A stretch of DNA of 63,994 nucleotides, the filler included, from Lama guanicoe (lineage: Eukaryota): the NCBI GenBank assembly GCA_013239625.1. It is 93 parts of 93 records of this genome, joined end to end, with 100 filler letters (N's around TTAATTAATTAA, not from the genome) between each part and the next. Parts side by side here need not be neighbours in the genome. Positions count along the whole stretch, not along the records: positions 47,982 to 48,650 come from PNXV01029177.1; positions 48,751 to 49,624 come from PNXV01029178.1; positions 49,725 to 50,311 come from PNXV01029179.1; positions 50,412 to 50,794 come from PNXV01029180.1; positions 50,895 to 51,803 come from PNXV01029182.1; positions 51,904 to 52,406 come from PNXV01029183.1; positions 52,507 to 53,125 come from PNXV01029185.1; positions 53,226 to 54,018 come from PNXV01029187.1; 85 more parts are not named here. One strand, written 5' to 3'. Below the pieces are notes generated by a model that saw only the letters and a program-made list of their open reading frames with translations, had not been told where the DNA came from and ran no database searches. The translations under genes were made by a program, and so were the position numbers. Below, piece by piece: positions 48,629-61,337 of the stretch (positions are counted from its first letter, which is position 1; every line of letters starts with the position of its first letter).

Positions 48629-49965
48629 TTCCCTCAGTTCAAGAGTGCTANNNNNNNNNNNNNNNNNNNNNNNNNNNNNNNNNNNNNNNNNNNNTTAATT
48701 AATTAANNNNNNNNNNNNNNNNNNNNNNNNNNNNNNNNNNNNNNNNNNNNTATTCATAGCACTCCTCCCTTCCCCATGTGAGTCTCAATTAATGAGCATA
48801 AATTTCCCCTCTCACACTTTTCCTACAACATCATAGAATAAGCAGAAGTCCATAAAATTGAGTGCCCAACTGAGAAAAGTGAATTTGACAGTGATGAAAG
48901 AAACACTGAAACAGTCCTGGCCAATGATAAGTATGTGAGAAAGGCTTCTGAGAAGTCTATTTAAACGGGATCTCACCTGAATTACTCTTTGACTCCTAGC
49001 TTTTGCCGTTTGTCCTTCTCCTTTCTTCTTCCTTGGTCTGCAGTATAATAGTAGGAGCTGTAGCAGCCATGCTGTGATCATGAGAACTAAAGCTCAATGC
49101 TAAACATCTATCTTTTTAAAATATAGAGCATATCCTATACCCTATGTTCTTTTCAACAAAATCAAGTTTCTCTTTCTTTTAACATAATTTCTTTTAACAC
49201 CTCAAATTTAGAAATTCTTCCCTAGCCAGGAAAGACAGTCTTTTTTCTAATTTTTTAAACAGCAGGTTAATTGTCATTAATTAAACTAGAATTTGTTTTG
49301 ATAACTGCTATGAAGCAATGATCTAAATTAAGTTTTCTTGCCAAAAGCTCATCTATTGTGACAATATCATTTACAGAATTACCTTTTTCTTCCTTACAGA
49401 TTTGATACTGTTGAGAAAATAAACTGAAAATAATACAAAACATGCAACTTACTGATAACAGCTCCCAAAGCTTATAAAGTTCCATTCAAAAGCTTTAACA
49501 AATCAAAATTAATGTATACAAAAGCCTTTTTATAACACAGATTATTTATATTACACATAAATGTATTAATATTAATTTTGTTGAAAACACAAAAATGTGG
49601 ACACTTGAATTTTAAAAGAGAAGCNNNNNNNNNNNNNNNNNNNNNNNNNNNNNNNNNNNNNNNNNNNNTTAATTAATTAANNNNNNNNNNNNNNNNNNNN
49701 NNNNNNNNNNNNNNNNNNNNNNNNTTTTTATACCACCGTAAAACCCTGTGCTTGATTTTTCCTTTCAGCCTTGTTCCTGAGATGAAGACCAACAATGGTG
49801 GTCTCCAGTGCGTTTAAGTCACTTCTCTCGTTGTCATGTCTCACACTGGAAACTCACTGATAGGGCCTTCAGGCCAGACTCACCATTCCTAGTCTTCATT
49901 CTGAGCTGCCCTCCTGGACTTGTTTCTCACTCGTGACTCTGTCCTTTGCCCGCAGCGTTACAGGC

Positions 49966-50200
49966 TGTATTAGGCTGGGTTTCCTAGAAGCAGACCCTAA
50001 AGGAGAGATCTGTGTGCAAGTACTTTATTAAGGACGTGTCAGCAGGATGAAACCAGTAGATAGTGGGGGAAGCAGGGGAATGGGAGAGACCAATCAGGCA
50101 AAGCCCCCAAGGAGGGCAGGGAACATCAGGGAACCCTCTAAACAAGGGAGCTACCTCACCCACGGCCATCGACCAAAGGCTCTCCTAGGTCTTTAGGGTC
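49966..50200 (-). mobile_element. ERVL LTR (LTR16/LTR33-like)
   Basis: 'tgtattaggctgggtttcctagaagcagaccctaaaggagagatctgtgtgcaagtactttatt'. Confidence 0.7.
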
Positions 50201-50894
50201 TCCCTGTGAGGGGGCAAAGAAATCAGACACCTTGGGAGGCAAAAGCACACTGAAAGAAGGAAGTAGAGAAACTAGGACAGGCTACAAAGAGAAAGTAAAA
50301 GGGACAGATCTNNNNNNNNNNNNNNNNNNNNNNNNNNNNNNNNNNNNNNNNNNNNTTAATTAATTAANNNNNNNNNNNNNNNNNNNNNNNNNNNNNNNNN
50401 NNNNNNNNNNNTTCTCATGTGACTGGGCTTTGTGGCCTGGCTCACAGATGGCAGGCTCAGAATGGTGTCTGGCAGATTAAACCCTGGCAATGGGTTGAGA
50501 TATCTTGGACCCTTTTTTTTCAGCTTTTGTAATACATTCTTATCAACTATCCATCCTGAAAATACCACATTCAAAACTGAAAGAATGTTAGAAGTTGCCT
50601 GCTCCAACTTGCCAGTGGTAAACACACCCTGCTACAGTTAGACAGCAGGTCAGACAGCCTCTGCCTGGATAATTACAGTGATGGGGTGTTCATTACTTCC
50701 AAAGTTACATGTCGGCAAGAAGGTCAGGAAGAATTTTTGAACCTGAAACAGATGTCTGCCTCCTAGTCCTTGCTGAAAGGCTAGGAATAATGAGNNNNNN
50801 NNNNNNNNNNNNNNNNNNNNNNNNNNNNNNNNNNNNNNTTAATTAATTAANNNNNNNNNNNNNNNNNNNNNNNNNNNNNNNNNNNNNNNNNNNN

Positions 50895-51640
50895 CCTGCA
50901 CATATGTGTACAATTCTTTGTTTGAACATACATTTTTCATACTGTGGGCATATATCTAGGAGTGGATTGCTGGGCCATATAGAAATTCTAGATAGACCAT
51001 ATTAAGGAACCACCAATCTCTTTTCCATAGTTTCTAATTCTAGTGGATGGTGTGATTTTATTTGCTGTTCCCTGATGATAAATAATGTTGAATATCTTTT
51101 CATGGAATTATTGAATATTTTTAGATTTTCCTGAGCTAAATGTCTATTCAGGTCCTTTGCCAAATTTTAATGGGAATTTTCTTTTTGTTATTGAGTTATG
51201 AGTCATTTTTATATTCAAGAGATATATATATATAGGCACATATATATTAGAAATATATGCAGATATAAAATGTGCACGTTTTCTCTCCCATTCTGTAAGA
51301 CATATTTTCATTTGCTTGATGGCTTTCTTTCAAGCACAGATGCCATTAATTTTTAGACAATCTGAAATATCTAATTTTTATTTTATTGTTCATGTTTTTG
51401 GTGTCCTATGTAAGAATCCACTGCCAAATCTCAAGTCATGAAGACCTGGACCTGGAGTTTGCTTTGTGGAAAAGCTTTTGATTGATAATTCAGACTTTTT
51501 CCTTCGTACAAGGTTTTTCATATTGTCTGTATTGAATCAAATATGGTAGTTTGTGTATTTCTAGAATTATGCCCTTTCATTCTCAATTGTCTAATTTATT
51601 GGAATGCAATTGTCCTGGTTTAGCTTTGTAATTATTTTTA
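50895..51640 (-). mobile_element. Old L1 ORF2 fragments, antisense
   Basis: 'gggcatatatctaggagtggattgctgggccatat...aatgtctattcaggtcctttgcc...gtttttggtgtcctatgtaagaatccactgccaaatc'. Confidence 0.85.
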
Positions 51641-51803
51641 TTTTATTTCATTTCACTTTTTATTTATGATTTATAATTATTTATATAAATAAAAATTATA
51701 TATATTATATAAATATAAATAAATATATATATTTATAAATACATAACATAAATATATATAATATATAAATAAATATATAAAGTATATAATATATAAATAA
51801 ATA
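51640..51803. repeat. AT-rich low-complexity (TA/TAAA)n tract
   Basis: Almost entirely A/T, ending at the contig break. Confidence 0.9.
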
Positions 51804-51929
51804 NNNNNNNNNNNNNNNNNNNNNNNNNNNNNNNNNNNNNNNNNNNNTTAATTAATTAANNNNNNNNNNNNNNNNNNNNNNNNNNNNNNNNNNNNNNNNN
51901 NNNAACAGAAACCTACTCCCTATTCACTA

Positions 51930-52100
51930 GGCTTAAGTCATAATGAATTTTGACTGCTTCCAAAATCAAACCCTCCCTTAATGATACAGACCTGGGGTGT
52001 CTGTGGCTGTGGGAGAAAATGTGCCTCAGACTTGAGGGATTTCCATTAGAGCAGTGGCATAAGTCAAAGCAATGGATGAAACCAGGGTTCTCCTGGTGAA
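51930..52100 (+). mobile_element. Ancient Tc1/mariner (MARNA-like) transposase relic
   Basis: 'gaattttgactgcttccaaaatcaaaccctcccttaatga...aaaatgtgcctcagacttgagggatttcca...gagcagtggca' resembles the recalled MARNA consensus. Confidence 0.55.
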
Positions 52101-52509
52101 CATTCCAGCTCCATCTCTTAACAATCTGTAGAACCCTCAATGTATAACTTAACATCTTTAAGTCTCTGTACTCTCTTGTGTAAATGGAAATAAAAATGTG
52201 TTTATTTTGTGGGACATTTTGAGCATTAACTGAGATAACATAATTAAAGTACTTAACACCGTGGTTGGAATAGAGCAATAAGCGCCACCTATAAGAATGA
52301 TGATGAGGAGGATCAGTGGTCCATGGCAATGGGGGAAAGACATGAACTAAGATTAGGGCACGTGGAGTAGCAGTAACAGAGTGCCCAGAATGGCAAGTTT
52401 GCTACANNNNNNNNNNNNNNNNNNNNNNNNNNNNNNNNNNNNNNNNNNNNTTAATTAATTAANNNNNNNNNNNNNNNNNNNNNNNNNNNNNNNNNNNNNN
52501 NNNNNNCCT

Positions 52510-52935
52510 GTAGGATCTGACTTCTGCTTTCCCTCGTGCTGATCCCACACACCTGTCAGGCTGCTTCTGCCTCAGGCCTTTCCCTGCCTGGACTGCTCTA
52601 ACTCCAGAAATCCCCAGGGCCTTTCCTCCCTGCTTTCCTTCATATGTCAGCTTCTCAGGGAGGCTTGCCCTCATCCACATTTTGAAAGTTGTAATATTCT
52701 TTTTTTACCCTTTTCCTCCTTTTTACACTACATTTTTCCCATAGCACTTACTACCTTCTAACATACTGTATGATTTATTTAATGTTTTTACTGCATCCTG
52801 TCTCCCTCCCCACCCCATTGGAATGTAAGGTCCACGAGGGATCTTTGTTTTGTTCACTGATGTATCCCAGGCACCTAGACTACTGCCTAGCATGTAGTAT
52901 GTGTTCAGTAAGTATTTGAATGAATGTGCTGAATA
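52510..52935 (+). mobile_element. L2a 3' end
   Basis: 'cctcaggcctttccctgcctgg...catagcacttactaccttctaacatact...ttgttcactgatgtatcccaggcacctaga...gtaagtatttgaatgaatg'. Confidence 0.9.
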
Positions 52936-53061
52936 AGGCTGTTGAATGGAATTGAAGGGTTTTTAATTAGGATTTGATGTGATCAGAGTTGTGTTGAAGA
53001 CTCATTCTTAATTTAGGACCAGGTGTTTTGTTTTGTTTGTTTGTTTCTTAAATGGAGAGTC

Positions 53062-53125
53062 TTTTTTTTTATTTATGTATTTTTTTAACATTTTTTATTG
53101 ATTTATAATCATTTTATAATGTTGT
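53062..53125 (-). mobile_element. Young camelid-like L1 3' terminus (poly-T plus tail)
   Basis: 'ttttttaacattttttattgatttataatcattttataatgttgt' resembles the recalled antisense camelid L1 tail. Confidence 0.6.
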
Positions 53126-53384
53126 NNNNNNNNNNNNNNNNNNNNNNNNNNNNNNNNNNNNNNNNNNNNTTAATTAATTAANNNNNNNNNNNNNNNNNNN
53201 NNNNNNNNNNNNNNNNNNNNNNNNNCAAAAAGCTGAGTATAACAAAGTTAAGATCACGGAGGAGAAAAGGGGACGCGATTAGGTAGAGGCTGTCAGAGGC
53301 AATGTCCAGGTTTGAGTTAAGGAGGGCGATATCATGACTATCCACTTTTTAATTGCTCTTTAAATTGAGTATGTTTATACAAAG

Positions 53385-53490
53385 GGAGAGAGAAGTCAGA
53401 CCGAGAGAGGGACAGAGAGACAGAAAGAGAGAGGCAGACTGACAGACAGAAAGACAGACAGGGACAGAGACAGAGGCAGAGAGAGAGCCA
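53385..53490 (+). repeat. GA/GACA-rich simple repeat
   Basis: gagagagggacagagagacagaaagagagaggcagactgacagacaga... Confidence 0.8.
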
Positions 53491-55568
53491 CAGGACATAA
53501 GGAACACACATAGGACAGTTACACCTACATTACGGCCATGTTATAGGGCAGCATAATAGGACAGGAACACATCTTCACCAGGTTCCAGGACCCCATCCTC
53601 TCTGAACAGCTACAATAGTGAGGACACACTTTTATTTGACATGTATAAATTGCTATCATTCAGTACATTATTGCAAAGGCTATTTCTGGTCTGTGAGTTA
53701 TTTCGAGCTGTCTGATTCTCTTCCTTAATACTAGTCCTCTACCTGAGATAAGTAGGAGTAAATGTGCAAACTTCCTAAGAAATGCTACCATCCCTGTATA
53801 GTTACCATGCTTTTGGATATCTGTAGGTACCACTGATAAATAGATAAAGAGCCCAAATGGGGAACGTGGAAAAGAAAGGGCTCAGAAAAACAGAGAATTA
53901 TCCAGAAGACAAATCTAGAAGGAGAAATAACAGGAACTCAGTGAGACTTTAGATATATACCGGGACTTCAGTTAAATGGAGAACAAAGACATACACTGAA
54001 AGTGAAACAGAAGGAAAANNNNNNNNNNNNNNNNNNNNNNNNNNNNNNNNNNNNNNNNNNNNTTAATTAATTAANNNNNNNNNNNNNNNNNNNNNNNNNN
54101 NNNNNNNNNNNNNNNNNNCTGTACTTTTATATTTAGAAACATCGTTTTATTGTTGTATCACATTTCCACACAAAGACCCCCCCTTATATATTTTAACTGA
54201 TTTATAATACTGGACATTGATCAGGTCATGGCAATAGCAGCATTGTATTTCCAACTTTTACTTCTTCTGCATTTTACTAAAGGCCTGGGTTTTCAATTTC
54301 TTTTGTTTGTACTTAGCCCTGCCTTCCACTCCCCTGAATGAATAATTCAAATCTTAAGGGTCCTCAAACCTGTCACTCAAGCCTGCCTCCTTCATCCCTA
54401 GAAGATGACCTTCTCTCCTACTTAACTGAGAAATAGAGTCCAGCAGCCTTGGACTCTTGCCTGCCCACTAAATCTTCCTGTTTTCAGATCCTTCCCTCCA
54501 TTCATGGAACAAAGGATTTCTAACTCCTCCTCAAGAAGAAAATAAGCACCATCTAAATTTCAACCATCTGAATGTAATTGGCTGTATTTCTTTCCAAGGC
54601 AGATTTTTTTGATGCTGTGGGCTTGGCTCTTAAAAATGAAAGGAATTGTAAGGAAAAGTGTGAGTTATAAACAGTGAAACTCAAAATGCAGTGAGAACAA
54701 CTTTTGTAAGGGCATTTATTCTCCCAATATGGGGATCAGGGAGTTTTAAATCTGTTCCCCACTGGAAGCACTTGATGTGAAAACATTTNNNNNNNNNNNN
54801 NNNNNNNNNNNNNNNNNNNNNNNNNNNNNNNNTTAATTAATTAANNNNNNNNNNNNNNNNNNNNNNNNNNNNNNNNNNNNNNNNNNNNGCCTCTGAGGCT
54901 GAATTCTTGACTTCAGTTGGAGCAGGACCAGTGGAAGAGAAGGGAGACGGAGCTGCCCAGAGCAACGCGGAAGGTTGGTCTTATTTACCTCACGGTTGAC
55001 TGTGGTAACAGGTCCACCTGGGTGGAAGGAGTAGAAGGAAAGGGTGGAAGCTGTGGCCCCCGAAAAGGCTGTGACACTTGGCATGTCCATGGCACCACAG
55101 AGCCACCAGGCTCTTCCCTGGACCTGCAGTCTCCTCCTAGCTGAGCACAGGAGGTCGGGGACCCCTCTGAGGCCATCTCTGTTGGAGAATCCCTCGGGGA
55201 CCAAACACACATTCGATCTTTCTGGCCAGAGGCATCTGGTTTAAAGCGGATATTCTGGGTTGGCCCTTCAGTTTTAAAGGCCCCATCTATGAGAATTTGC
55301 CTCTTTAGGGATGACATTGGGAACATACTGGGACCCCCCCACCCCCCAGCTTTCAGACTGTGTCCTTGCGACGGGCCTGTCAGCACTCAGGCCCAGGATT
55401 TACCACAGGAAAAGGGCTACATCAGACTGGATGCTCTGAAAGGAAACAGGGATTCTGTGAAATGTGGANNNNNNNNNNNNNNNNNNNNNNNNNNNNNNNN
55501 NNNNNNNNNNNNTTAATTAATTAANNNNNNNNNNNNNNNNNNNNNNNNNNNNNNNNNNNNNNNNNNNN

Positions 55569-55965
55569 TTCTTACCATAGTCTACAAGGTGTTTCATGGT
55601 CTTGTGTGGTCCAGGTATAATGAATTTCCTTTAAGCTGAATTTAGTTCCTTGAATTTATTACCATTGAGTCTTTTTTTGTGTCATCCTTTGGGCTTGGAG
55701 TACTCTTCCCCAAGTAACTTCCTCCCAGTCTTCAAGTCTTGGCTCAAGGAAGACTTCAGGAAGGTCTTTGCTGACCTTCTGCTACTGTAAGTTATTAGGA
55801 CGCTACGCTGCTCCTTTACAACACTGTCCGTGGTTGCAATTTGGTTTAATTTTTCAATGTTTTATTCCCACTGGGCGGAGATCTGGGAAACTCATTTTTG
55901 CTCACAACTGTATCTCTATCACATTATGGATAGTGTGATAAGTTGATAATGAATAAATGGATAAT
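55569..55965 (+). mobile_element. L2 3' relic
   Basis: 'cttaccatagtctacaaggtgtttcatggtc...cttcaagtcttggctcaa...gataatgaataaatgga'. Confidence 0.6.
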
Positions 55966-57862
55966 GAGTTGGCCGTAGCATCCTTACACATCCTTACTTA
56001 CCATGCAGCATGGCTGTTCTGATAAACTGAAAACAGCTGGGGTGGCTGATTTTTGCTCCCGCCCAGATAAGTGGGTNNNNNNNNNNNNNNNNNNNNNNNN
56101 NNNNNNNNNNNNNNNNNNNNTTAATTAATTAANNNNNNNNNNNNNNNNNNNNNNNNNNNNNNNNNNNNNNNNNNNNTCTTGATAAATACCCAGGCTGCAT
56201 TTGGGGAGCAGGAATAATTGCACCTCTTTAGGGATGTGGTCAGTGTACGCTGCACCTTCAGAGGGTCAGCTCTCTCTAAATAAATTTGGCACAGAGTCTG
56301 AGGTCAATAAATGTCAGAAGACTAAGAAGACTTCAGTTGAAAATTTGGGGGAAGGCTTACACCTTGTAGGAAAGAAAGTAAATGCTGCTTCTATCCCCAT
56401 TCTATGAAAGTACAGAAATGCTATAAATAAAGATCCAATTGGAGTGGGTTTCAGTGACGCCTTCGCTTACTGTGCCTTCCCATCTATAAGTTATGATATT
56501 CCTCTTCTGAGGTGAGTCTTAAAGAAAAGCCTGCGTTATCCCATCTCATGAGCAGAAGAGAGAGGAGCATGGAAAGAGAATATGTGGCAAGGTCAGAGAC
56601 ACGTGGTTGTAGGAGGGGATGGCTCCTCTGAAGAGCGGTGAAGAGTCAGGAAGGGAAAGGGAGCACACTGATGACAGAGTCATGGAGGACCCTGGAGAGG
56701 TAGGTAAGGATGAGACTTTGGAGGCCCTGAATGTTATTCCGAAGATCCTGGGCCTTACCCTGTAGGTGACATCAAGTAGGGAGCTAGGCAGAGTTCATTT
56801 TCCTGGGACTTCCCTTCTTTGTTTTAAATTGACNNNNNNNNNNNNNNNNNNNNNNNNNNNNNNNNNNNNNNNNNNNNTTAATTAATTAANNNNNNNNNNN
56901 NNNNNNNNNNNNNNNNNNNNNNNNNNNNNNNNNACCCAAACTTCAGGATATAAGTAAGTGCACGTCCTAATACAGCAGCAGCGACACAGGAGGCTCGGTT
57001 CTGGGACTGCCAGTCTGTCACGCACTTTGCACGGTGACAGCCAGAGCTTCTCCAGCTCCTCACCCCTCCCGCTCACACCGCGCGCTCCCAGCGCCTGGTG
57101 TTGCCCGCGTCACGGCTCTCCAGACGTGCCCCAGGGCGCCCAGACCGGTGTCTCATCCGCGCTTCCGGGATAGCCGGGGGAGCTGAGCTCTTTTCGTTGG
57201 CTCACTTGTCATGGGTTCATCTTCCTTGGTGACCTGTTCGAGTCCTTTGTCTATTTTTAGTTTATCATTATTATTAGTTACTCAATTTTGATAATTTTAA
57301 TGTATTTGAGGAAGGTCTGTCATCATGTATGCGATTTGCAAATGTTTTCCCATCTTATCACCCTCTTAGCAGTAACTCTTGAAGCCTGATTTGCCATGCT
57401 TCCTGTTCAGATTGTGCTTTGACCTTTTACCTAAGCATCATTTGCCTAAATCCAGGGCACACAGGTTAATTCCGGTATTTCACTCTGCAGGTTTTATCAC
57501 TAGTGTAACGTTAGGTCTGAGGTAGTTTGATTTGGGGTTTGCGTTGGGGCAGGTTCACACTGAGGCTCACCCTTTGCACACGGAGGTCCAGATGGTAAAG
57601 CACCACGTGCCAAAACCTCCCCTTCATGCGCTGAGCTGCGTTGCTCCTTTGCTGGGAAACGAAGGAGGATAAATGTGAGGGTCCGCTCCCTGTTGTCTGT
57701 CTGGTTCCGCTGACCTCTCTCTGCTTCTGCCTGCACGACGGGTCAGCAAACTATTTCTATAANNNNNNNNNNNNNNNNNNNNNNNNNNNNNNNNNNNNNN
57801 NNNNNNTTAATTAATTAANNNNNNNNNNNNNNNNNNNNNNNNNNNNNNNNNNNNNNNNNNNN

Positions 57863-58264
57863 TTCTTCCTGTTTGGGACACTCTGAGGTTCCTGTACTTG
57901 GATATCTGATTCCTTGTATCTATTTGGGAAGTTCTCAGTCATTATTTCTTCAAACACCTTTGCAATCCTCTTTGATCATTCCTCCCCTTCTGGGATTTCA
58001 ATCATGCTATGATTGGCATGCTTTTTATTATCCCTTAGGTCTCATGCTTTATTCAATTGTTTCTCTTGTAGATAATCTAATTGGATGCTTTCTATTGTCC
58101 TGTCATCTAAGTCAATAATTCATTCCTCTGCATTATCTAGTCAGCTTTGCGACAATTTTAGATCATTCCTCATCTCAGTAAATGGGTTTACCTATTCTAC
58201 TCAGGTCTTCTTTAAATCTTCCATTTCATTTTTTACATATTTTATATCTCTAAACTCTATCTTT
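57863..58264 (-). mobile_element. L1 ORF1 fragment, antisense
   Basis: 'tttgggaagttctcagtcattatttcttcaaac...ctccccttctgggatttcaatcatgc' is the antisense of L1 ORF1 (EIMTENFPN-like). Confidence 0.85.
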
Positions 58265-58364
58265 NNNNNNNNNNNNNNNNNNNNNNNNNNNNNNNNNNNN
58301 NNNNNNNNTTAATTAATTAANNNNNNNNNNNNNNNNNNNNNNNNNNNNNNNNNNNNNNNNNNNN

Positions 58365-58830
58365 CAGGTTTCTGGGTCCCCCCTTCACGGCCTCCCGCAT
58401 CCCCAAGACTGAAAGCGCCGCTCGGCCCCGGGTGGGGAGCTCCGTGCGGTGCCCGAGGGACCTCTAGACGTTTCCACCCTTGGGATGTTTAAGGGCTTGA
58501 GTTGCCAGCTTGAAAGCTTCCAAGAGCGGCCCGTTTGGAAAGCCTTTCACAGCCTGCGTTTCTGCGCAGGGTGCAGAGCGCCGGCGGAGCGCAGGGGAGG
58601 TGGCACATGGGGGACTTCAGCCCGAGAGGCGGGGTCGGCCCCTGCGGGGGCTCCGGGGCGGCGGGGAGCAGGCGGCCAGGGCCGAGGGCCCCGCCATGGG
58701 GCGTCCGGTGCCGCTCGCTCTTGTCAGGGCCCCAGTGTGCCCCCTCAACACCCGGTGTGTTCATGGCCTGCGGGTCCGAAGGAGCTTCTGGCCGAGGAGG
58801 CGGGGGTTGGGGAGCAGGTTCCCTCCGCCG
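58365..58830. promoter_or_regulatory. CpG-island fragment (unidentified gene)
   Basis: Very GC- and CpG-rich, with GGGGCGG and GGCGGGG GC boxes; no recognisable protein. Confidence 0.75.
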
Positions 58831-59119
58831 GCTCTGAGCACAACAGGAGCCTATGAGCCTAGGACTGCTAATTGGAAGACCTGTGCTTGAAGCCCAGCAG
58901 GGAACGTTCTGGCCTTACATCCACTCAATCCTGCTTCTGAATCTCCCAATTCACCAAGCCTCCCTCCTGAGCTGCTTTTTTGCTTCAGGCNNNNNNNNNN
59001 NNNNNNNNNNNNNNNNNNNNNNNNNNNNNNNNNNTTAATTAATTAANNNNNNNNNNNNNNNNNNNNNNNNNNNNNNNNNNNNNNNNNNNNTGCAGTAATG
59101 TGTATCTGTGAATTCAGCC

Positions 59120-59189
59120 ATTTCATCATTTAGCAGATATTTAATGGCATACGCCAGGTAGAATTCTAAGTGCTGGGAATAGAGGAAAA

Positions 59190-59233
<44 letters not shown>

Positions 59234-59752
59234 AAGACAAGAAAATTCCATACCAGTTGGGAAAAATGACAATAAACTAAACAAGGAAAGTGTTTAATAT
59301 GTTAGAAAGTGCTAAGTGACACGGAGAAAAGCTGAAGCAAGCACAGATACAAGAGCCATGACCTGGGCGCAGGTTAAACAGATCAGAGCAGAGCTCACTG
59401 TGAGGATGACTTCTGAGCTAAGTCCTGAAGGGAAGAGAGACCTACCTTCTCATGGGATGAGTGGGGTCCAGTGACCAGGCAAAAACCCTAAGGGACGGGG
59501 CCTGGAGGCCAGTCAGGGCCACAGAATGAGGTCAGAGAAGTCACAGCGGTCATGCAGGACTGTCCATGGACTGCTGAGCCCTTGTAAAGGCCCTGAGTCT
59601 TATTCCAAACAAGATAGGGGCCACTGGATATTAATGAGCAAAGGGACAACATAGCCTGATTTCTGTTTGAAAAGACTGATGTTGGCCACTGGGTTGAAAA
59701 AAGACTGGAAGGGCAAAGACGGAAGCAAAGAAGTGGATTAGGATAATCCAGG
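59120..59752 (-). mobile_element. L2a relic, antisense
   Basis: 'catttagcagatatttaatggca...ttctaagtgctgggaatagagg...aatgaggtcagagaagt...gggggccactgga...ggataatccagg'. Confidence 0.8.
59193..59233 (+). repeat. Perfect (ATC)13 microsatellite
   Basis: 41 bp of uninterrupted ATC repeat following an A-run. Confidence 0.97.
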
Positions 59753-61337
59753 NNNNNNNNNNNNNNNNNNNNNNNNNNNNNNNNNNNNNNNNNNNNTTAA
59801 TTAATTAANNNNNNNNNNNNNNNNNNNNNNNNNNNNNNNNNNNNNNNNNNNNTGCAGGGAAGAAGGGCAACTTCACTGCACTCACACCTGTCCTTTGGCC
59901 AAATCAGGTCAGCTGAGTGCCAAGAAGGTAGCCTGTGCCCATGATTTCCCCCAGGGGGAAGGGAGTGAGACTGGGCCGTGAGCATGTCCCCCCCGCCCAT
60001 CCTCTCAGGGCAGCCTCTGGGCGCGGTTTTCCATCTTACCTCATACTGAGTGCTGGATGACAGGCAGAGAGCCACGCCTCAGGGCAGGAAGAAACAAAAG
60101 GAAACGGAGGACATGCCCTTTACAGCCAAGGCTGCTGTGTGGGCTTGGAAGAGCACAACTGAGGTTTTCCTTCACAAGGAGACAAGAAAGAAAATGCAGA
60201 GCAGGGCAAGGAGCTGGCCTTGTTCCTAGCACCTCAGAGTTCCCCCTGTAGAGCTGCTTTCTGTCTCACTGCACTCAGTGCTCAATAACCAGCCTGGTCC
60301 CTTGCGACAATAAGGAACAAANNNNNNNNNNNNNNNNNNNNNNNNNNNNNNNNNNNNNNNNNNNNTTAATTAATTAANNNNNNNNNNNNNNNNNNNNNNN
60401 NNNNNNNNNNNNNNNNNNNNNTTGGTTGGTTTTAATAGTTTTTAAAAATCTTTGATAAATTTCTTGCTCCATTCTCTGAGTGTTTTAACATCTGTAAACC
60501 ATGCAGATTTTGTAATATGCTAGCAAACCTGGGTGACCCCCCCTCAATTGCTCATTTGTTTGTTCAACAAATATGTATTGGAAACCCATTACTAGCCAGG
60601 CAGTATTTCTACGCACTTTGATGACACAAAACAAATGCCTGATGTATAAAATACTATATATAAAATGAGTTAGCAAAAAAGACTTTCCCTGCTTCCTAGT
60701 TGTTTGGCGTCAAATGGCTGAGAATAGTTGTCAGAAGACCTTTGCGAGATTTGCTAAACGTTTGGAAGACTGTGTCATGACTCCTAGCTTATTAATTACC
60801 TCCAGCTTTTATGAAATAAGGCTGTCAATTCCTTGGAAGATTGGAGATTGGAAAAGAATGCATCCTTAGAGAGTTGTCAAGAGTTCTTACCGTGCGGGGA
60901 GGGGAGCTCAAGAAAGCTCAGAGAAATTAACATAGGTGCCCTGGAATGTGAAGGATTCAGGGAATAATGGCCCCCACACACCTGTAAAAGTTTAAAAGTT
61001 AGCAACAAGCTGGTGTAGACTCTTAGTGCCCAGTGAGAAAGAGGCTACAATGAAAGGAAGCTGAACTGTCACTGACAGTCGGGGCTAAGGGTGTGTGGTA
61101 TCTGCGGGCCAATTGGGGGACCCATTGAAAGAAACTGTGCTTTAGTCTGAAAGTCAAAAATTTTTTTTTTTAAATTAACCTTGTAATAGTTTAGTGAAGG
61201 TCTAATGACTTGCTACTGGGTCCCAAACAGTTCCTGGNNNNNNNNNNNNNNNNNNNNNNNNNNNNNNNNNNNNNNNNNNNNTTAATTAATTAANNNNNNN
61301 NNNNNNNNNNNNNNNNNNNNNNNNNNNNNNNNNNNNN

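Noticed and set aside
49380..49430. Acceptor-like 'tttttctccttacag' followed by a short frame ending FDTVEKIN*
   Set aside because: It lies in A-rich sequence that may be decayed L1, and the peptide is not recognisable.
58449..58890. Overlapping 91-135 aa G/A/R/P-rich ORFs
   Set aside because: Typical spurious ORFs of a CpG island, with no domain recognised.
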